Origin: Marsupella aquatica | Lineage: Eukaryota; Plantae; Marchantiophyta | DNA length: 64,000 nucleotides | Assembly: GCA_973895155.1 (NCBI GenBank) | Contig: OZ316899.1 | Location: 1 to 64,000 of the forward strand | Direction of reading: 5' to 3' | Part shown: in pieces, positions 25,330 to 38,500 of the stretch | Position numbering within the stretch: position 1 is the stretch's first letter | Layout of the letters: each line of letters opens with the position of its first letter | Program-made: the position numbers and the translations under genes | The notes under the pieces: model-generated | The model's input: the letters and a program-made list of their open reading frames with translations, nothing else | Told to the model about the DNA's origin: nothing | Database searches by the model: none

Positions 25330-25600
25330 ACTATGTGCTTCGGTAGCTTAATATGATCGATAGAGTTTGTACCATCAGCGAGAGGTGCTCGCCTACTAAG
25401 TGCTTCTGTAGCTTATGATCGATAGAGTTTGTACCATCAGCAAGAGGTGCTCGCGGAGGTGCTCGCCTACTATGTGCTTCTGTAGCTTATGATCGATAGA
25501 GTTTGTACCATCAGCAAGAGGTGCTCGCGGAGGTGCTCGCCTACTATGTGCTTCTGTAGCTTATGATCGATAGAGTTTGTACCATCAGCAAGAGGTGCTC
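25330..25600. repeat. 62-75-bp minisatellite, ~4 copies
   Basis: TATGATCGATAGAGTTTGTACCATCAGC(A/G)AGAGGTGCTCG repeated in tandem. Confidence 0.95.
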
Positions 25601-27421
25601 GTCGTCGTTGTAGTATGTTGGCAGGTATATATTTCTGTTGCTCCCGACATTTGCAGAATTTTAAGATACTCGTACCAGTTGATAGTGGGAGTTGTAGACA
25701 ACGTTCCTTTGGAACTCACAGGCGCTTCTAGCTCGTTCATCGGCGGGCCAGCAAGCCAGCCAGCCACGCCGTCGTCAGCTGAGAGAGGTAATTCAATTTC
25801 TCCGTGAACCTTGTGCATTGATAAAAATGACACTGCTATCTTCCCTCACTCTTGCTCAGCTAAAGACCGGGAAATAGGGGGGTCATTTCTACCTGAAGCT
25901 TTTGAATTGATAAACGGTAGTCCGTCTGTGCTCTCTCGATCCCCTGAATCTTGCTTTGACAAACAATGCTTGTTTCTCGGGGTGCAATCTTGGTTTGGTT
26001 GAAGACGAAGATGACGTTTACTTGTGGCAAGCACATCATGCATCATTTGAATTGCAGCTTCGTCTGCTGCCTTTTCGTCCCTTTTCCTATTCCTGTGGAG
26101 GATTTCCCTGTAAATGAGGACCAAGCGTGCGTTGCTGGGTTCGTTGGTGGAATAACAAAAGAGAAAGGGAGAGACACGGGACAATTTGTAGATATCCTGT
26201 CCTTGAGTCACTCATGCCCTACGGTCGTGTTTATGTTTCTCGATTGTGGTCTTGTTCTGTCTGACTCTTACCTGGTTGAGCTTTCTATCGAATTCCCCTA
26301 CTTCCCTGGACTTTGTAATTTTATTCAACAGCAATTTATTCTCTCCAGTTGCAATAGCTGCATCCAGATCCTTTCAAAGATCGCAGACTTGTTTTGGCCT
26401 GCATTAGATTTTAGGCTTTCTTGTGCGAGTATGCCTACCAGTCGAGCTCCCAGTTCTTTGTTTGTTGGACGAAGTCCGACGCGAGTGATACTGATCTTCC
26501 CCGGCCAGTCTTTCGATTTCTTCCTTGAGGGAATTGTGTAAAACGAACAGTATTTTGCTCGCGGAATGCTGCAGCAGAATCTTTGGTGGGTATATGTCTG
26601 GTGCTGGAAATTTCATTGCCTCGAGGTCAATGTACAGGAAATTGGAGTGTAATCAAACGACAAACTGAGAGGTCTGTGTGTCATCTATGTGGTCTTTGGC
26701 AGTCTGTGACGCTCTTGTCTTCCTTCTTCCGTGTCTTCGGTCTGTCTGTGGAATTGACGATGTTTAAGCCCGACATGCTGATTGAACTGAGGTCATTTGC
26801 AATAGCAATTTCTTGATTTTCCCCTTGTAAATTGACTTGCATTGAAATCATGGTGCTTCAATCCCAGTCTACTTCTAATCTTCTTCCGTAACAGCCTTTC
26901 TCGGGCAGCCTTTTGTAGTAGTATTCAACCAACGAGCACCTGCACGAGAAACTGAGAAAGTGCTATGGATGAAGTACTGTAGTTGATTAGATGCTTCTGA
27001 GAGTTTGCAATAATTGTCCAAACTTGTCCAAACCCACTTCACCACAATGAAAACAAAGCGTGAAATCTTGGCAGCTCTCTAGACAATCTCATGTCCCCCT
27101 GCTGTGCAACTGGGAGGGTAGGGTACGTTTACTGCCTTCGCGGTAAGGAAATTGCGACACTAAAATGTAAGGTGACCGACTCTCCCGCATTTCTTACAGG
27201 CACCACGGACGTCATCCGCGCTCGAGCCCGTGAGACGGGCTAAGGCGAGAAGCCCTTGGAAACTGTCGTACGCATTCTGCTGGTCCTCTATATATTATCC
27301 CGCCTTCTGGAACAGATGCACTCGCGCCCCCCGCTGGAGCACCGCGGAGGGCATCCGCTTGGAATGCTCGCGCTGCCTTCTGGTCCGGAGCATAAGGATC
27401 GTAACTTTGATTTGAAGTGAA

Positions 27422-27696
27422 TTATAAATCTAATCTTCTCGTTGCCTGTGTGGGCTTTGAATTACACATCCCTGCATGCAATAGAAAGCCCAATTCTCGA
27501 GACTGCTTCATGTCTTCCAAGAGAGTAACGAAGAAGTGAGTTTTACGATACCATCGATTGAAGTCTGGGCGACGCTCGGCAGAATCTGTTCGAGCATGCA
27601 GATGACAATAAGCAATACAACCCACGCCATCTTCCCACTGCGAGCTCCGTAGTTGAGATGTCGCTGTTGCCTCAAGCTAATCGTCGTCATGGCCAT
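27422..27696 (-). pseudogene. Possible relic of a signal peptide plus LRR N-terminal cap
   Basis: WVVLLIVICMLEQILPSVAQTSIDG...SLLSWK, then GMCNSKPTQATRRLDL in another frame, resembles an LRRNT; heavily degraded. Confidence 0.3.
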
Positions 27697-29519
27697 CCCG
27701 GATCCCTCTCCAGCTTCAATTCCAGCTTTTGCAGCAACTTCTACATGTGCTGAAAAAAGTACTTCCGACTTTCCGCGGCATAGTCCATTGAATACTGGTT
27801 ATGTTTGTATAGTTGCTGAGACGAATGCGCTGCTTGCTGTAAAGCAGAATCGCCTACGTAGCCGAGAGGAAGCATTTATGCTGCCACTACTCCAGCAAAT
27901 GCCAGGAGAGCGCCTCCGTCAGGTGAGGCGGCTCAGACAGCACTAGATTTGCAAACTAAGACTGTGAGTTGCTCACCCAGCTCCAAACGAGGGTGACGTT
28001 AGCGGACAATCACATCCGCTCCCAACAAGCCTTCAATATATTGCACACTTTGATGGGTATTGCACCTGTGTCATTGATTACCCAACTCCACCGATGTGCT
28101 ACCCAATTTCTTCACCTTCCCCAACAATTCTCCCGAAAATAGACACCCAAATGCCATCGTCCTCAACTTTTCAGTTGCTCATAATTATAATTCATTTCCA
28201 CACGAAAGAGATGCTCTGATAGAACACGAATCATAGGACAATCGGCACTTCCACCCTCCCCCCCCCCCCTCTCAGTCTAGTCTTGTCCTTCCACGTTGGA
28301 GCTGGTTGATAATTTCCAGAGTCTCCCTTCCACGCGGTCATTTCCAGAGCAGGTCCACGAGTAACCCAGAGCAATTGAGATTCTCAGTGCCATTCATAAT
28401 GAGCGTGGAAAAGCAGTCATCGGAGGTCCGACCATTTCTGCCGAGAGCCAACAGCGATCATCCAAGACTGAAGACAACCAGTGGCGACAAAATTTGGGCG
28501 CCGATTGTCCGATTGCAAAGTCACTTCAGGGACTTTGCAATCTGTTCCAACGCAAAGGACCCAGGTGAGCTCAGCTCAACTCAGTGGGGCCGCAGCATAA
28601 GTAGAAGGTCCTTCATTGATCTTCTAGCTCCCAACACTTCAGGCACTTTGCATGAGTCTCGTCGTAGTAGTACGTACCCGTAAATTGTGGCGCTTGATTC
28701 AATTGTTGAGTTATATGGCATTCTGGAGCTTTACTTCTCCTTCTCAACAAGAGGGGTTGCACACCAACTTTGCCACAACACTTGCTACCACCCATCAACA
28801 AGCTAGTTTATTTTGAGCACAACCTTTACATGGTATGCTTCTTAGTTGGTATTTTTGAAATTTCTTTTAATTGGAAGTTCACACCCATTGATTCAGTCCT
28901 TAGATTGATTTTTGGTAGGGTGCAGCTCATATAGAAATAGTGATACAATGATTGTTTCTTTCACGTTCCTAACCTCACAGAGTTTACTTTAGTCTCTTTT
29001 GGATACCCTGTTACAATCTACAAAGTAGTTATTTGCTTTTAGGTAAACATTTGTCTTGCATGTCATTTGTACTTTGCTAGGTTGGAAGTCTAAATGCTAA
29101 CACTTTGGCAACAATAGGTTCCAGTTTCCTATGTTAAATGTGTACAGTCAGAAGGGAGCCAGAGTATATTCTTAAGGGATTTTGTTCTTCAAGGACTTAC
29201 TGCAAGCAAGTGAAACTTGTTAGTTAAGTACAAGCTCATTTTGGCATTAATTTGATGTTTGTTTGCAATCAGCTCAAGTTGCTACGTGGAGCCCCAAATA
29301 CTAACCTAGAAGTTGGGAAATCATACTTGAATTTCATTTATTTTCTCTAAGGTGAGTTCTTACTATCATTTATTTGTTTAAGTATAATTCATGAAGGACA
29401 TGGAAAAATAAAATAAAGCAAAGAAAATATAAGTATTTTAAAACAAATATTGACTATATTTTTCTACTTATTATCTTATGAATTTGCCTAACATATGTAT
29501 TATAAAACTAAAAAATTGA

Positions 29520-29690
29520 CTTTATTTTGAAATATATATCTGGCATGCTTTTCTGATTATTGTTATTTAATAGTTCCAGATAGTTTGGCCGGAGATATGT
29601 ATTTTGAAATATGTATCTGGCATACTTTTCTGGTTATTGTTATTTAATAGTTCTAGATAGTTTGACTGGAGATATGTATTTTGAAATAAA
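29520..29690. repeat. ~77-bp tandem duplication in the intron upstream of TET-like copy 2
   Basis: TATTTTGAAATAT(A/G)TATCTGGCAT...GGAGATATG twice, plus a partial third. Confidence 0.9.
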
Positions 29691-29729
29691 TATCTGTATA
29701 AATTAAAGTATGTTTTTGGAATTTTTCAG

Positions 29730-31172
29730 ATGGCAAAACGAAAGTTTTGGAAAGTGAACAAACAAATGAAGGAAGATGGCAAATATGAGTATGAGAAAAT
29801 GAAATTTGCAATGGACGTTTTCATTCAAATTTTTTCAGCGATCATGATATTGCATCCACGTTCACAAAAGTTTGCCATGTTATTTCTTCTTCAAGAAGAT
29901 AATATTTTTCAAGCATTTGTACAAAATGTATTGAATATTAAACATACTGTATCGAAAGCAATGATATATAATGCTTACTATAGATTTAAAGAAATTGGAC
30001 CACCAAAAACCTTTACTTCTTGCGCATGGGAGAATATCTGTGATATTCTTGATCATCATTATTCTTTAGATTCAGTACCCTATAGTATAAGAAAATACAT
30101 CCATTTTCTTAGGTCATCTACCTATATTGAAGAGTGTGTAAAAAGAGAAAAAAATATGCTAGAGAAAAAAGAAATGGTGTTTGAAAAAATTATTTCCCAA
30201 TTTTGGTGGGGAAATGTGAATCCAATGGAATTAGTGCAAGGATTTTGGGGAAGAGTTGATGATGAAGGTGAATGTTTTTATCGCTTAGAATTAGAAAAAA
30301 CATTACAAATACTTTCTAGAAGAAAAAACAAAGGGAAAGAAATTGAAATTGAAGAGGCACCTATATATAGGGAGCTTCCAATTTCTTATGTTGAAATCCA
30401 AAAAACAAAACAGGTTACTGAGATCTATGATAAAATCTCAAGTGAGCTAGTGGGTATCCATATTCGCCCTAAAGATGTTCATAAATCTTTTACTATATTG
30501 ATGCGAACTTATCTTAAAGATCTTTTTTGTGCTCATCCAAGTTCAAAAAGATCTAAAACTAGAGCATCCTATATGAGTGAAATGGTGGGGTTCGGTCCAT
30601 TTCACCATACATGGACACCTGGAAAAAATGTTACATCTTTCTACACTCATAGTAATAAGTTAGTAAAAGCTTCAAAACCTTTAAAAGATTTTGGTAGATT
30701 TATTGATCGATTTGCACATGGGGCTGTGGTAGAAATTTTAATGTCTATGTGGTTTAGATATTATCCTACGTTATTACATACTTTTCTTAGATGTTGTAAC
30801 CCTTACTTAGAAACTTCCCAATATATTAAGGAAGGTGTTGAGATACCATTTTTTGATAAGCACATGAAGAAGGGACCTCCTGCTTATCAACTATTCATTA
30901 CTAAAGATTATTGTTCACGTTTTCATGTGGACAATGATAGGACAGAGTGGACACTAGCATATACTAGTCACCCTGATGAACATATTTCACCAGTTGATTT
31001 TGTATTTGCTAAACATGGATTTATATTACCTTTGCATAATGGTGATTTATTTGCATTCAAAGGCAAACATCTCCATGGTATGGCTTTTAGAAAACCAACA
31101 GAAAATCCTGCCTATATTGCAGCTTTAGTTATGAATAGTGGCTTAGGAAAATTATTAAATAAAATAGAGTAA
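29730..31172 (+). CDS. TET/JBP-like 2OG-Fe(II) dioxygenase, copy 2 (480 aa, most divergent)
   Basis: Intact ORF; YQLFITKDYCSRFHVDND...DFVFAKHGFILPLHNGDLFAFKGKHLHG; SEMVGFGPF; ATG directly after TTTTTCAG. Confidence 0.75.
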   Translation: MAKRKFWKVNKQMKEDGKYEYEKMKFAMDVFIQIFSAIMILHPRSQKFAMLFLLQEDNIFQAFVQNVLNIKHTVSKAMIYNAYYRFKEIGPPKTFTSCAWENICDILDHHYSLDSVPYSIRKYIHFLRSSTYIEECVKREKNMLEKKEMVFEKIISQFWWGNVNPMELVQGFWGRVDDEGECFYRLELEKTLQILSRRKNKGKEIEIEEAPIYRELPISYVEIQKTKQVTEIYDKISSELVGIHIRPKDVHKSFTILMRTYLKDLFCAHPSSKRSKTRASYMSEMVGFGPFHHTWTPGKNVTSFYTHSNKLVKASKPLKDFGRFIDRFAHGAVVEILMSMWFRYYPTLLHTFLRCCNPYLETSQYIKEGVEIPFFDKHMKKGPPAYQLFITKDYCSRFHVDNDRTEWTLAYTSHPDEHISPVDFVFAKHGFILPLHNGDLFAFKGKHLHGMAFRKPTENPAYIAALVMNSGLGKLLNKIE

Positions 31173-32149
31173 TTAGATATGTTTCAGGTATCATGAAACA
31201 AACTTTAATGTATCTTTTTAGAAACAATTATGAAGTTTATTAACTATGTATTTAATATTTGGACCAATTTAGTTTAGGATTGTAATTGTAATATAAATAC
31301 TTATGTTTGACAAAATCTTTATGTATATTGACTTACTTTAGAAAATAATTTTCAGCTCTTATAGCTCTAGAAGGTAATAGGCCTAGGGTAGTGTAGGTAA
31401 AATCTATAAGGCAAAACTAACACACCCAAATAAATCAAAATTATCCCACCTTATGTAGATCATTTGCGTAGTCAAAGGCCTTTATTGGGTCAGCCTACTC
31501 AGGCACCAACTATATATGCAGCCCAAATGCCAGCTCAACAGTCCAAATAGGTTAATTGGCTAGTTAATGCTACAAACTTTCACATTAGAAATTGTCAGAA
31601 TTGCAAATCAAAGACAATGTCCAACGTCATGGTTGTAAACCAACGTTGTTTTTAGGCACAAAATAGGCATCAACTCTGCGCTGCCCTATCCTGTGCTTTA
31701 CTGCTCTCCATCCATGGCCGTTCTCAGTTGAAGAAGCATCGAGACGATCAACCCAGATGTTTAGAGAAAAAGGAGGCATACTCCGTACTATGATTACTGC
31801 TTCTATATTACCGGTTGACTACTGTCAATCCATATCTGATGCTACATGTTTTGCAGCACAAGAGCTCTCCTTAGGGTCACTGTTTGTTAGTGTCATCCAT
31901 GCCTCGCAGGTAGTAGATGTGCTGTGTGTTGATCTCCTGAACGGGGCGCACATTTGGCATAAGCTGCAGGAACATCACAAACTAAAAGTCCGTCATATCA
32001 TTTCGATTGCACCAATTTCATTTGATCAGGGTAAATTCTTCAATTTGATAACAGGCTCCATAACTACCAACCAGAAGCCAAGTGTCAATCTCTTCTTGTG
32101 AAAAACAAGTGAATGCTCACCTAAATGTACAGGCTCCCTAAATACCTTG

Positions 32150-32215
32150 AAATGGCCTGAAGACCAGGCTCATTGCACGCGGAGTGAGAGGAAGATATAT
32201 ACAGGGTTTAGGGTT
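32150..32215 (+). repeat. Internal fragment of the subtelomeric repeat capped by GGGTTTAGGGTT
   Basis: Homologous to ~3090-3150, followed by telomeric sequence at 32204-32215. Confidence 0.75.
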
Positions 32216-35079
32216 ATAACCCATATACGAGGTCATATTAACCCAAATACAAAATGGGAAACAAGTTCATAGTATTGGGTACTTTAGAGGACAGGTAACT
32301 AGTAAAATGCTGTTTTTTTTTAACTATGGCAGTCTGCAGCTGACCAGTGACATGATCCGTGACAAACTGATGAGCTTCTCAACAATGACCACCCTCTACA
32401 ACCCGCTCATGAACAGTGACAAACTGATGAGCTTCTCAACAATGACCACCCGCTACAACCCGTAACAGGTCAGTTTTAGGACGGAAATGTAAAGAGTGTC
32501 ATCCATGTCAAATAATATGTTTGGCAAAGGTCCATTCGGGTTGCTCAAACCTTCATCAGCATTTCAGCATACTTGAAGGTCCATCCTGGCTTCAAGTTCT
32601 CACGGATCAGGTCGTTGCTTTTAATTGACGAGCTGGAAAAGCATCTTCCACCTCTGAGGGGTCTTTCACTTGCTTCATACAACTTTCCCCATTAACTTTT
32701 TCAATGGGGTTGCCATGGGGATATCGCCCTCCTGCACTCAATTTGCTCCTCAAATAATCCAAGACTCGTCAACTGTGAATGTATTCTCTCAAACTACAAG
32801 ACAATCTCAGGTTCAATTTCAGTTCAGTTTTCTCGGAGTGATGCACATACTTGTGGCTCCTCACAATCCTCAGGACATCATCGTGCACTCACATCTCTTC
32901 TTTTACCTCACCTCAATTGGATCAGCGGCATAGCTGTTGTGAGGAAACTATTGTAAGACGGGAGGCAATCAATACGCAGTGGAACCGCGTTCGGATTTGG
33001 AATAGTGCACTTCGGCTCACTTACCTGGGCTCAGTCCACCTGAATTCCAAGTCACAGATCAAGGTTTGTGCGAAAAATTTGAGTGACAGATCAGGTTTCA
33101 CAGTGCCGCTTCTCATGGTTCATTCTCCTCGCCACCAACATCTCTACATGATCTAAGGACATCCCGGTGCCTATCCTCGCAAGCTCACAATCCTTGTAGA
33201 ATTCACAATCTGCTAAGAATTACTTGTCGTACTGGCTTCGGATTGCTCAATTGCTATAGTTGCTTCTCGGGGACTTGGTATCGAGCTTTGCGTAGCTACA
33301 TGCTCACGAATCCGGTCATCCCTGTTAGGTTCGCGTTACCACTTTTACACGGCCTCTCGTCATGTCCTTTGGGCACACAATTCCTAGTAAGGGTACCTAC
33401 ACTGGATGTTCTTCTGCGTTTCGACCGTACATTGCTGGGCAACTATGCTTCTCACCTCTGAGCGCCCAAGGAAGCGGGGCAGAATCTCTTTTTCAGCCCG
33501 GGATACTGTCCATCCTGGTTCAAGTCCTGCTCATTTCTTGCATGACGTCTCCTGCTGCCTGAGCTCCTTTTATTTCCCGTCACAATCTACATCAATTTTG
33601 TTGCCACTTGCTTCAACTTGTCGTTCTGAATGAATTGTCGAGCCTGCCCTAAATTTGCTACTTACACGGTCTGCATAACACTTTTTCGCAAGTTCTTCTT
33701 TGAAGAAATGTCGTCAATTCTTCGTTTGGTATGCACGACACTTCAGTTGGAAAGGGTTCTTTCTTGGAGGGCGATAAACAACAGTACTCGCGCCATAGTT
33801 TTTCAGAGGGCAATGTGCGCGTATGACGGTGGGTTGCTTTGGGGTTTGGATGGAAGATCTTCTCATACTTTTTCTTCTCAAAACTTGTAGATTTGATTCT
33901 CAAGTTTTGATGGCAAAGCTGGGATGATTCGTAAAAGAGTCCACCAGGAGGAATTTGATCCTGGAGAAGATACCGCTACTGCTATGCTTCTAGGGCTTCC
34001 TCCAACAGTTACGCTGAGCTGATCGAGATTCCTCTGCCCGGGCAAGGTTTCCCCAACAGAGCCTTCGCGTAATGAATAATCTTTCCTTAGTCCATGCGAA
34101 GGAAAGATGAGACCTTAAATTTGAGGGCTCTGCAAGATTGCACTACTTACACTGATTTGAACCTTTGTCGAACAGGTAACATCGTATTTCTCAAAACTGT
34201 ACCATTGAGCTCCGTATTCCCGGCACGGGAACGGAGCTGACTCGATGGAACTTTTGGAGATGGACCGCTTTTTAGGCAACAGTGCTCAGCCAGGTATGAT
34301 TCATTTTGTATGCATGTCATTTTGTTGGATCAATACATTCTCAACAAAGACGTTTGATTTGCAGAGTTTATCCTTAATCTTCCGGTTTGGTATTGGGAAG
34401 GGGAGGGGAGGGGAGGCTGTTACATTCATGTCGTATGTGTCTCTTCACGGATTGTATAAGAGCCAAGTTCAAGAATGATGGATAGCCTTTATTTCTGAAT
34501 TGTAGGAGAGGGAGGGAAGCGCTTTCACGTTCATGTCATCTGTGTCTAATCACGATGGATTCTACACATGATGGCTACGCTTTATTTCCAAGTAGTCTCT
34601 TTTCAGAAACCTGAGATTCTGGTTTGTGTGTAGCGCAGAAAAGGACAGTGTAGTAGGCAACTTACAAGTGAACGCTTGTCAAGATGCCCTAAGAGTCTGT
34701 CCTGTACACAACCCAAGGATAACATGTGACTGCTGGCTGAAGTGTTTTAGTACCAATTCGACAGGCTCTTCACTCTGTCCTTTCTTTGGGTACAGTGAAA
34801 TACCGGAGAAGGAACGAGCTACTTGATACCTGGATATGTCTTTCACAATTATTTCAATATTCTATTCTAACATCATTGCATTCTTGACAGATAGCCGTTA
34901 CTCTCAGTTGGAAAGTTTAGATGGATGGTCAACCCCAGCCTGGGGGTTAAGGCAAGGGCGAATTTGGTTACTCACTGCAGATTTCCATCTAATGTTAGTT
35001 ATTGCACGAGAGATCGGTCTCAAGTCACTGCAAAAGAAAGGGATTGGCAGTAGGCATATGCATCCTGGTAGCACGGGTC

Positions 35080-35567
35080 AAACAATTGCTATGTTGAAAG
35101 GTCGTCTACAGCGAGGCATTGCTATAGACTCGTACACATATGTTAAAAGTTCTGCAAATGTGCTTGCAACAGAAAGACCTTTCAGGAGCCAAGCAAATTC
35201 ATGATTGCATCATCGAGAGTGGAATTCACGAAAATCCATATGTGGCAATCACGGTATATCAAATGCAGAGGTTTATCGGATGCACGTAGAGTTTTTGATC
35301 AAATTCAGAAGAAGAGTGTTATTACTTGGACCAGCATGATTGCGGGATATGCTAGGAGTGATCATGTTCAATCTGCACTCGACATTTTCAATCTAATGCG
35401 CCAAGAAGGCGTGAAGCCAAATGAGATCACGTATCTGAGCATCCTGAATGCATGGTCAAGCCCATTAGCTCTAACATGCGGAAAAGAAATTCATGAGCAT
35501 GTTCGACAGGTCGGCTTTGAATCATCCGTGCGTGTAGGATCTGCTCTCGTACTGATGTACGCTAAAT
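35080..35567 (+). pseudogene. PLS-class PPR N-terminal fragment, frameshifted and truncated at the duplication junction
   Basis: DSYTYV...; DARRVFDQIQKKSVITWTSMIAGYA...GVKPNEITYLSILNA...GKEIHEHV...VRVGSALVLMYAK followed by a stop at the junction. Confidence 0.9.
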
Positions 35568-38500
35568 AGTTTGCATTTTGACCCAAAGCTGCCCTGACGA
35601 GATGTCAAGGTCTGTCTGGTTTGAGAGTCGAATGACGGATTGTGAATGAATGAGTTGACAAAGATCCACAAAAGATTTTTGACCTGAAACGACTTCCCCA
35701 TCATGTGGGCCTTCCGAATCATAATGAAGTCCTTCCAAAATATCAAACACATTAGTCTTCAGGATGTCAAAGTGTTCCCTGAAGAGCTTCTCGGCTTCCT
35801 CTTCAAATTTAGTTGCTGCAAACTTCCGAGCGAGTTTGAGCATCTGCTCCTAATCGTCGGCAAAGCTCAGCCTCGCAAAACTCAGCTTCGATGATTAATT
35901 AGCATCTAGAACAAATTGGAAGGGATATCTAGTGACGGCCGATCGCGATGTAGCAGTGATGACAAAACAACGTTGTAGGTCCTGTTTGGAGGCCAATTCA
36001 ACGACAGTGGTTTGTTTCAGCCCATCAAAAGTGGAATAATGATCAGCGGAGGTCAACTATTTTTGTAAATGTGTAGCAGGTCCTAGTACAGAACCATCGT
36101 TTTGACTGGCACTCTGCCAGTGTGAGAATTGAATGATTGGCACGATGTCAGCTACGTAACACCAGGCCTTAATAGTATCGTCCCCCAAAATCTGGTACAC
36201 TGGAGCATTGTGTCCAAAGTGGTGGTCCATCCCGGCTTCACTTTCCCCTTAGCAATGAGGTAAAATTTGGTGTATAACAGCCCCTGCTTACAATGGAATG
36301 GCTGATGACGATTATCAAAAAGAGGGAGCCTCGGTACGTCACCTAAACATACCACGAATTCGTCCCATTTCGCATGATGGCATCTGATGGATCACCTCTG
36401 CCAATGCCTTTAAAATTCTCTCAGTTTGATTCCAGCATGGGCTCTGTCCCAATTCAAATGCTTGGCATGACCCAATTTACTAACGTTGCAGCTCACCAAT
36501 TGCTGGAAAAGGAAGGGGGCAGCGCTTCTGCATGTTTGTAGGATTTAATGGTTATGCGGACGGCAACCACGACTGAAGAATAATCACGGAATAGCTAGCT
36601 TCCTCCCTAGCTAGCTAGATATGGTGGCAGGAAAGCAATTCATTCATGATCCAGGCGCAACAGTGCACGAGAGAACGAGACTGACATCCCTAGCGAGCGG
36701 TGACTTCCTCCAATGCAGCAGCATGTACTGTAGGCAGAGCTCGACTCACTAGTTAACACTGCAATCAGTATGGGAATTGATGTGTGATCTTCCATAGCCA
36801 AGTAAGCAATGAGACCACACTGCTGTTGATGCTGCTGTGCTTGCTGTCTGAGGCGACGGCGGCTGATGATGCCGTTGCATGCTGCCTGATGAGGTCATAT
36901 ATTCAGAGATAGTATGTTTGCATGGCAGCTAGCTGCTGCTGCTGTATGTTCGGAGCACTATTCTGTAGTCAGACGACTGCTGCGCCTCTTGCGCTCTAGG
37001 GATTAACAGTGCTGTTGCTGCTCAGGTCTACTATGGGATGGAATCATTCTGTCTCACTCAGACCAACTACATCTGAGATTAAAATGGAAGGAAGAAGGAA
37101 TGAAGGTGCGCGGTGCATGCATGAGCCCCCAGGAAAAGAGAGAGAGACGAGAGAAGGAGAAACGGAATAGAGAGAGGAAGAGATCTACGGACAATACCGG
37201 GGGTTGGGAGATTGTCGTGTGTTTGCAACCTCCCCAAGTCTCAAACTAGCAGACTGACTCACATCTGCTATTCTCAGGACTGGTCTGGTCTGATGGTCTG
37301 GTCTGGTCTGGTCTGGTGGTCTGGTGTGGTCTGGTGTGGTCTGCTCGGGTCTGGTCTGATCGATGGGATCTCCCGCTCTCTTACACGCTCCCTTTTTCCC
37401 TCTGCTAGTCTATTCTAGAATACAGGTGAGGATTGGGAATGGAACACAGGTGTGTGAGTCATGCGGAAGTGAAGAGGATTCTCCGGTTTACTCCTATTAA
37501 ATGAGATGGGACTGGGCTATGGTGGGTTCTAGTGGCCTTCTTCAGTTGCGTCAACAGGCGACGGCAGGTAGAGTAGAGTTTCATGATCCCGATGAAACTT
37601 TCGCTTTGTCACTTGCCTGGTGGTGGACGGAGGGAGGGCTTTCATTATAAGATGGGACTTGTATCATGCGTATCATGCGCTGCTCTCCGCCCTCCCATCT
37701 CAGCTGCTGCCGAGTGCTTGTGAAGCATCACTGTACTGTTTTTAATATATTTCAGGCCCTAGCTTCATCATGAGTACTCTCTCCTGTGGACGGTGCTCCG
37801 AGTGGCTGCAGCATCTTCGTCCCCATTGTCCCCCATATTCGCGTAATTCTAGGGCTGTATTGTGATAACAGCAGCTTCGTTCTGGTGCTCTGCCAAGCAC
37901 AGCTCCTTGTTCCCAGAGCTACTGTCCAGAGTGCTAACTTACGTCGTGGCAGTCCTAGTGTGAATCAAGCTTGATCAGGCCCCAAGAAAGCTGACAGAGC
38001 GGCTACATACTACGGCTTGATTCCAAGCTGTGCAAATCTTGCACTTATCTGAGCATGCTTTGTCCCAGATGGGAAGTCTGACCTCTGGGTCCCGCCCCCT
38101 AGCATCTGCTCATCCCAGCTGTTTATCGAACTGTCCCCATTGCCCATTTGATCCGTAGGCTGTGTAGAGCTGTAGCCCCTTTTCCTCCTTGCCCCCGCAC
38201 TTCCGAATTGCAGCTTGAATGAATGTGCACTTTGTAGCCGACTGAGCAGTCAGGTGGATGAAATCAGCTTTAGTACGTATTATGTTAGTCTTTGTCTCCC
38301 TTTGGCCCAGCGTCCAAAGCTGCTGACATGGCTGTTCTAATCACATTGGCTTGCTACAACATTACTCCGACAAGTCTCAGTGACCCAACAGCATCGCGCG
38401 CGGTCCCTAACTACTCCGCCGAATTTTCCAAAGCTCAGCACAGTATTGACTTTACACGTGACCTCTTAAGCAAACCATTCATTCCTGTAGACTCAAATCC

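Noticed and set aside
24680-25600. CRISPR-like appearance of the regular arrays
   Set aside because: Units are repeated whole with no unique spacers, in a eukaryotic context with no cas genes.
25800-28700. Further coding-like relics (also 19570-20130, 32500-33900, 36150-36420)
   Set aside because: GC content and partial frames suggest decayed exons, but no family could be recognised.
31860-31960. QHIYYLRGMDD on the minus strand resembling a flavoprotein reductase motif
   Set aside because: Single short motif flanked by stops; not enough to assign.
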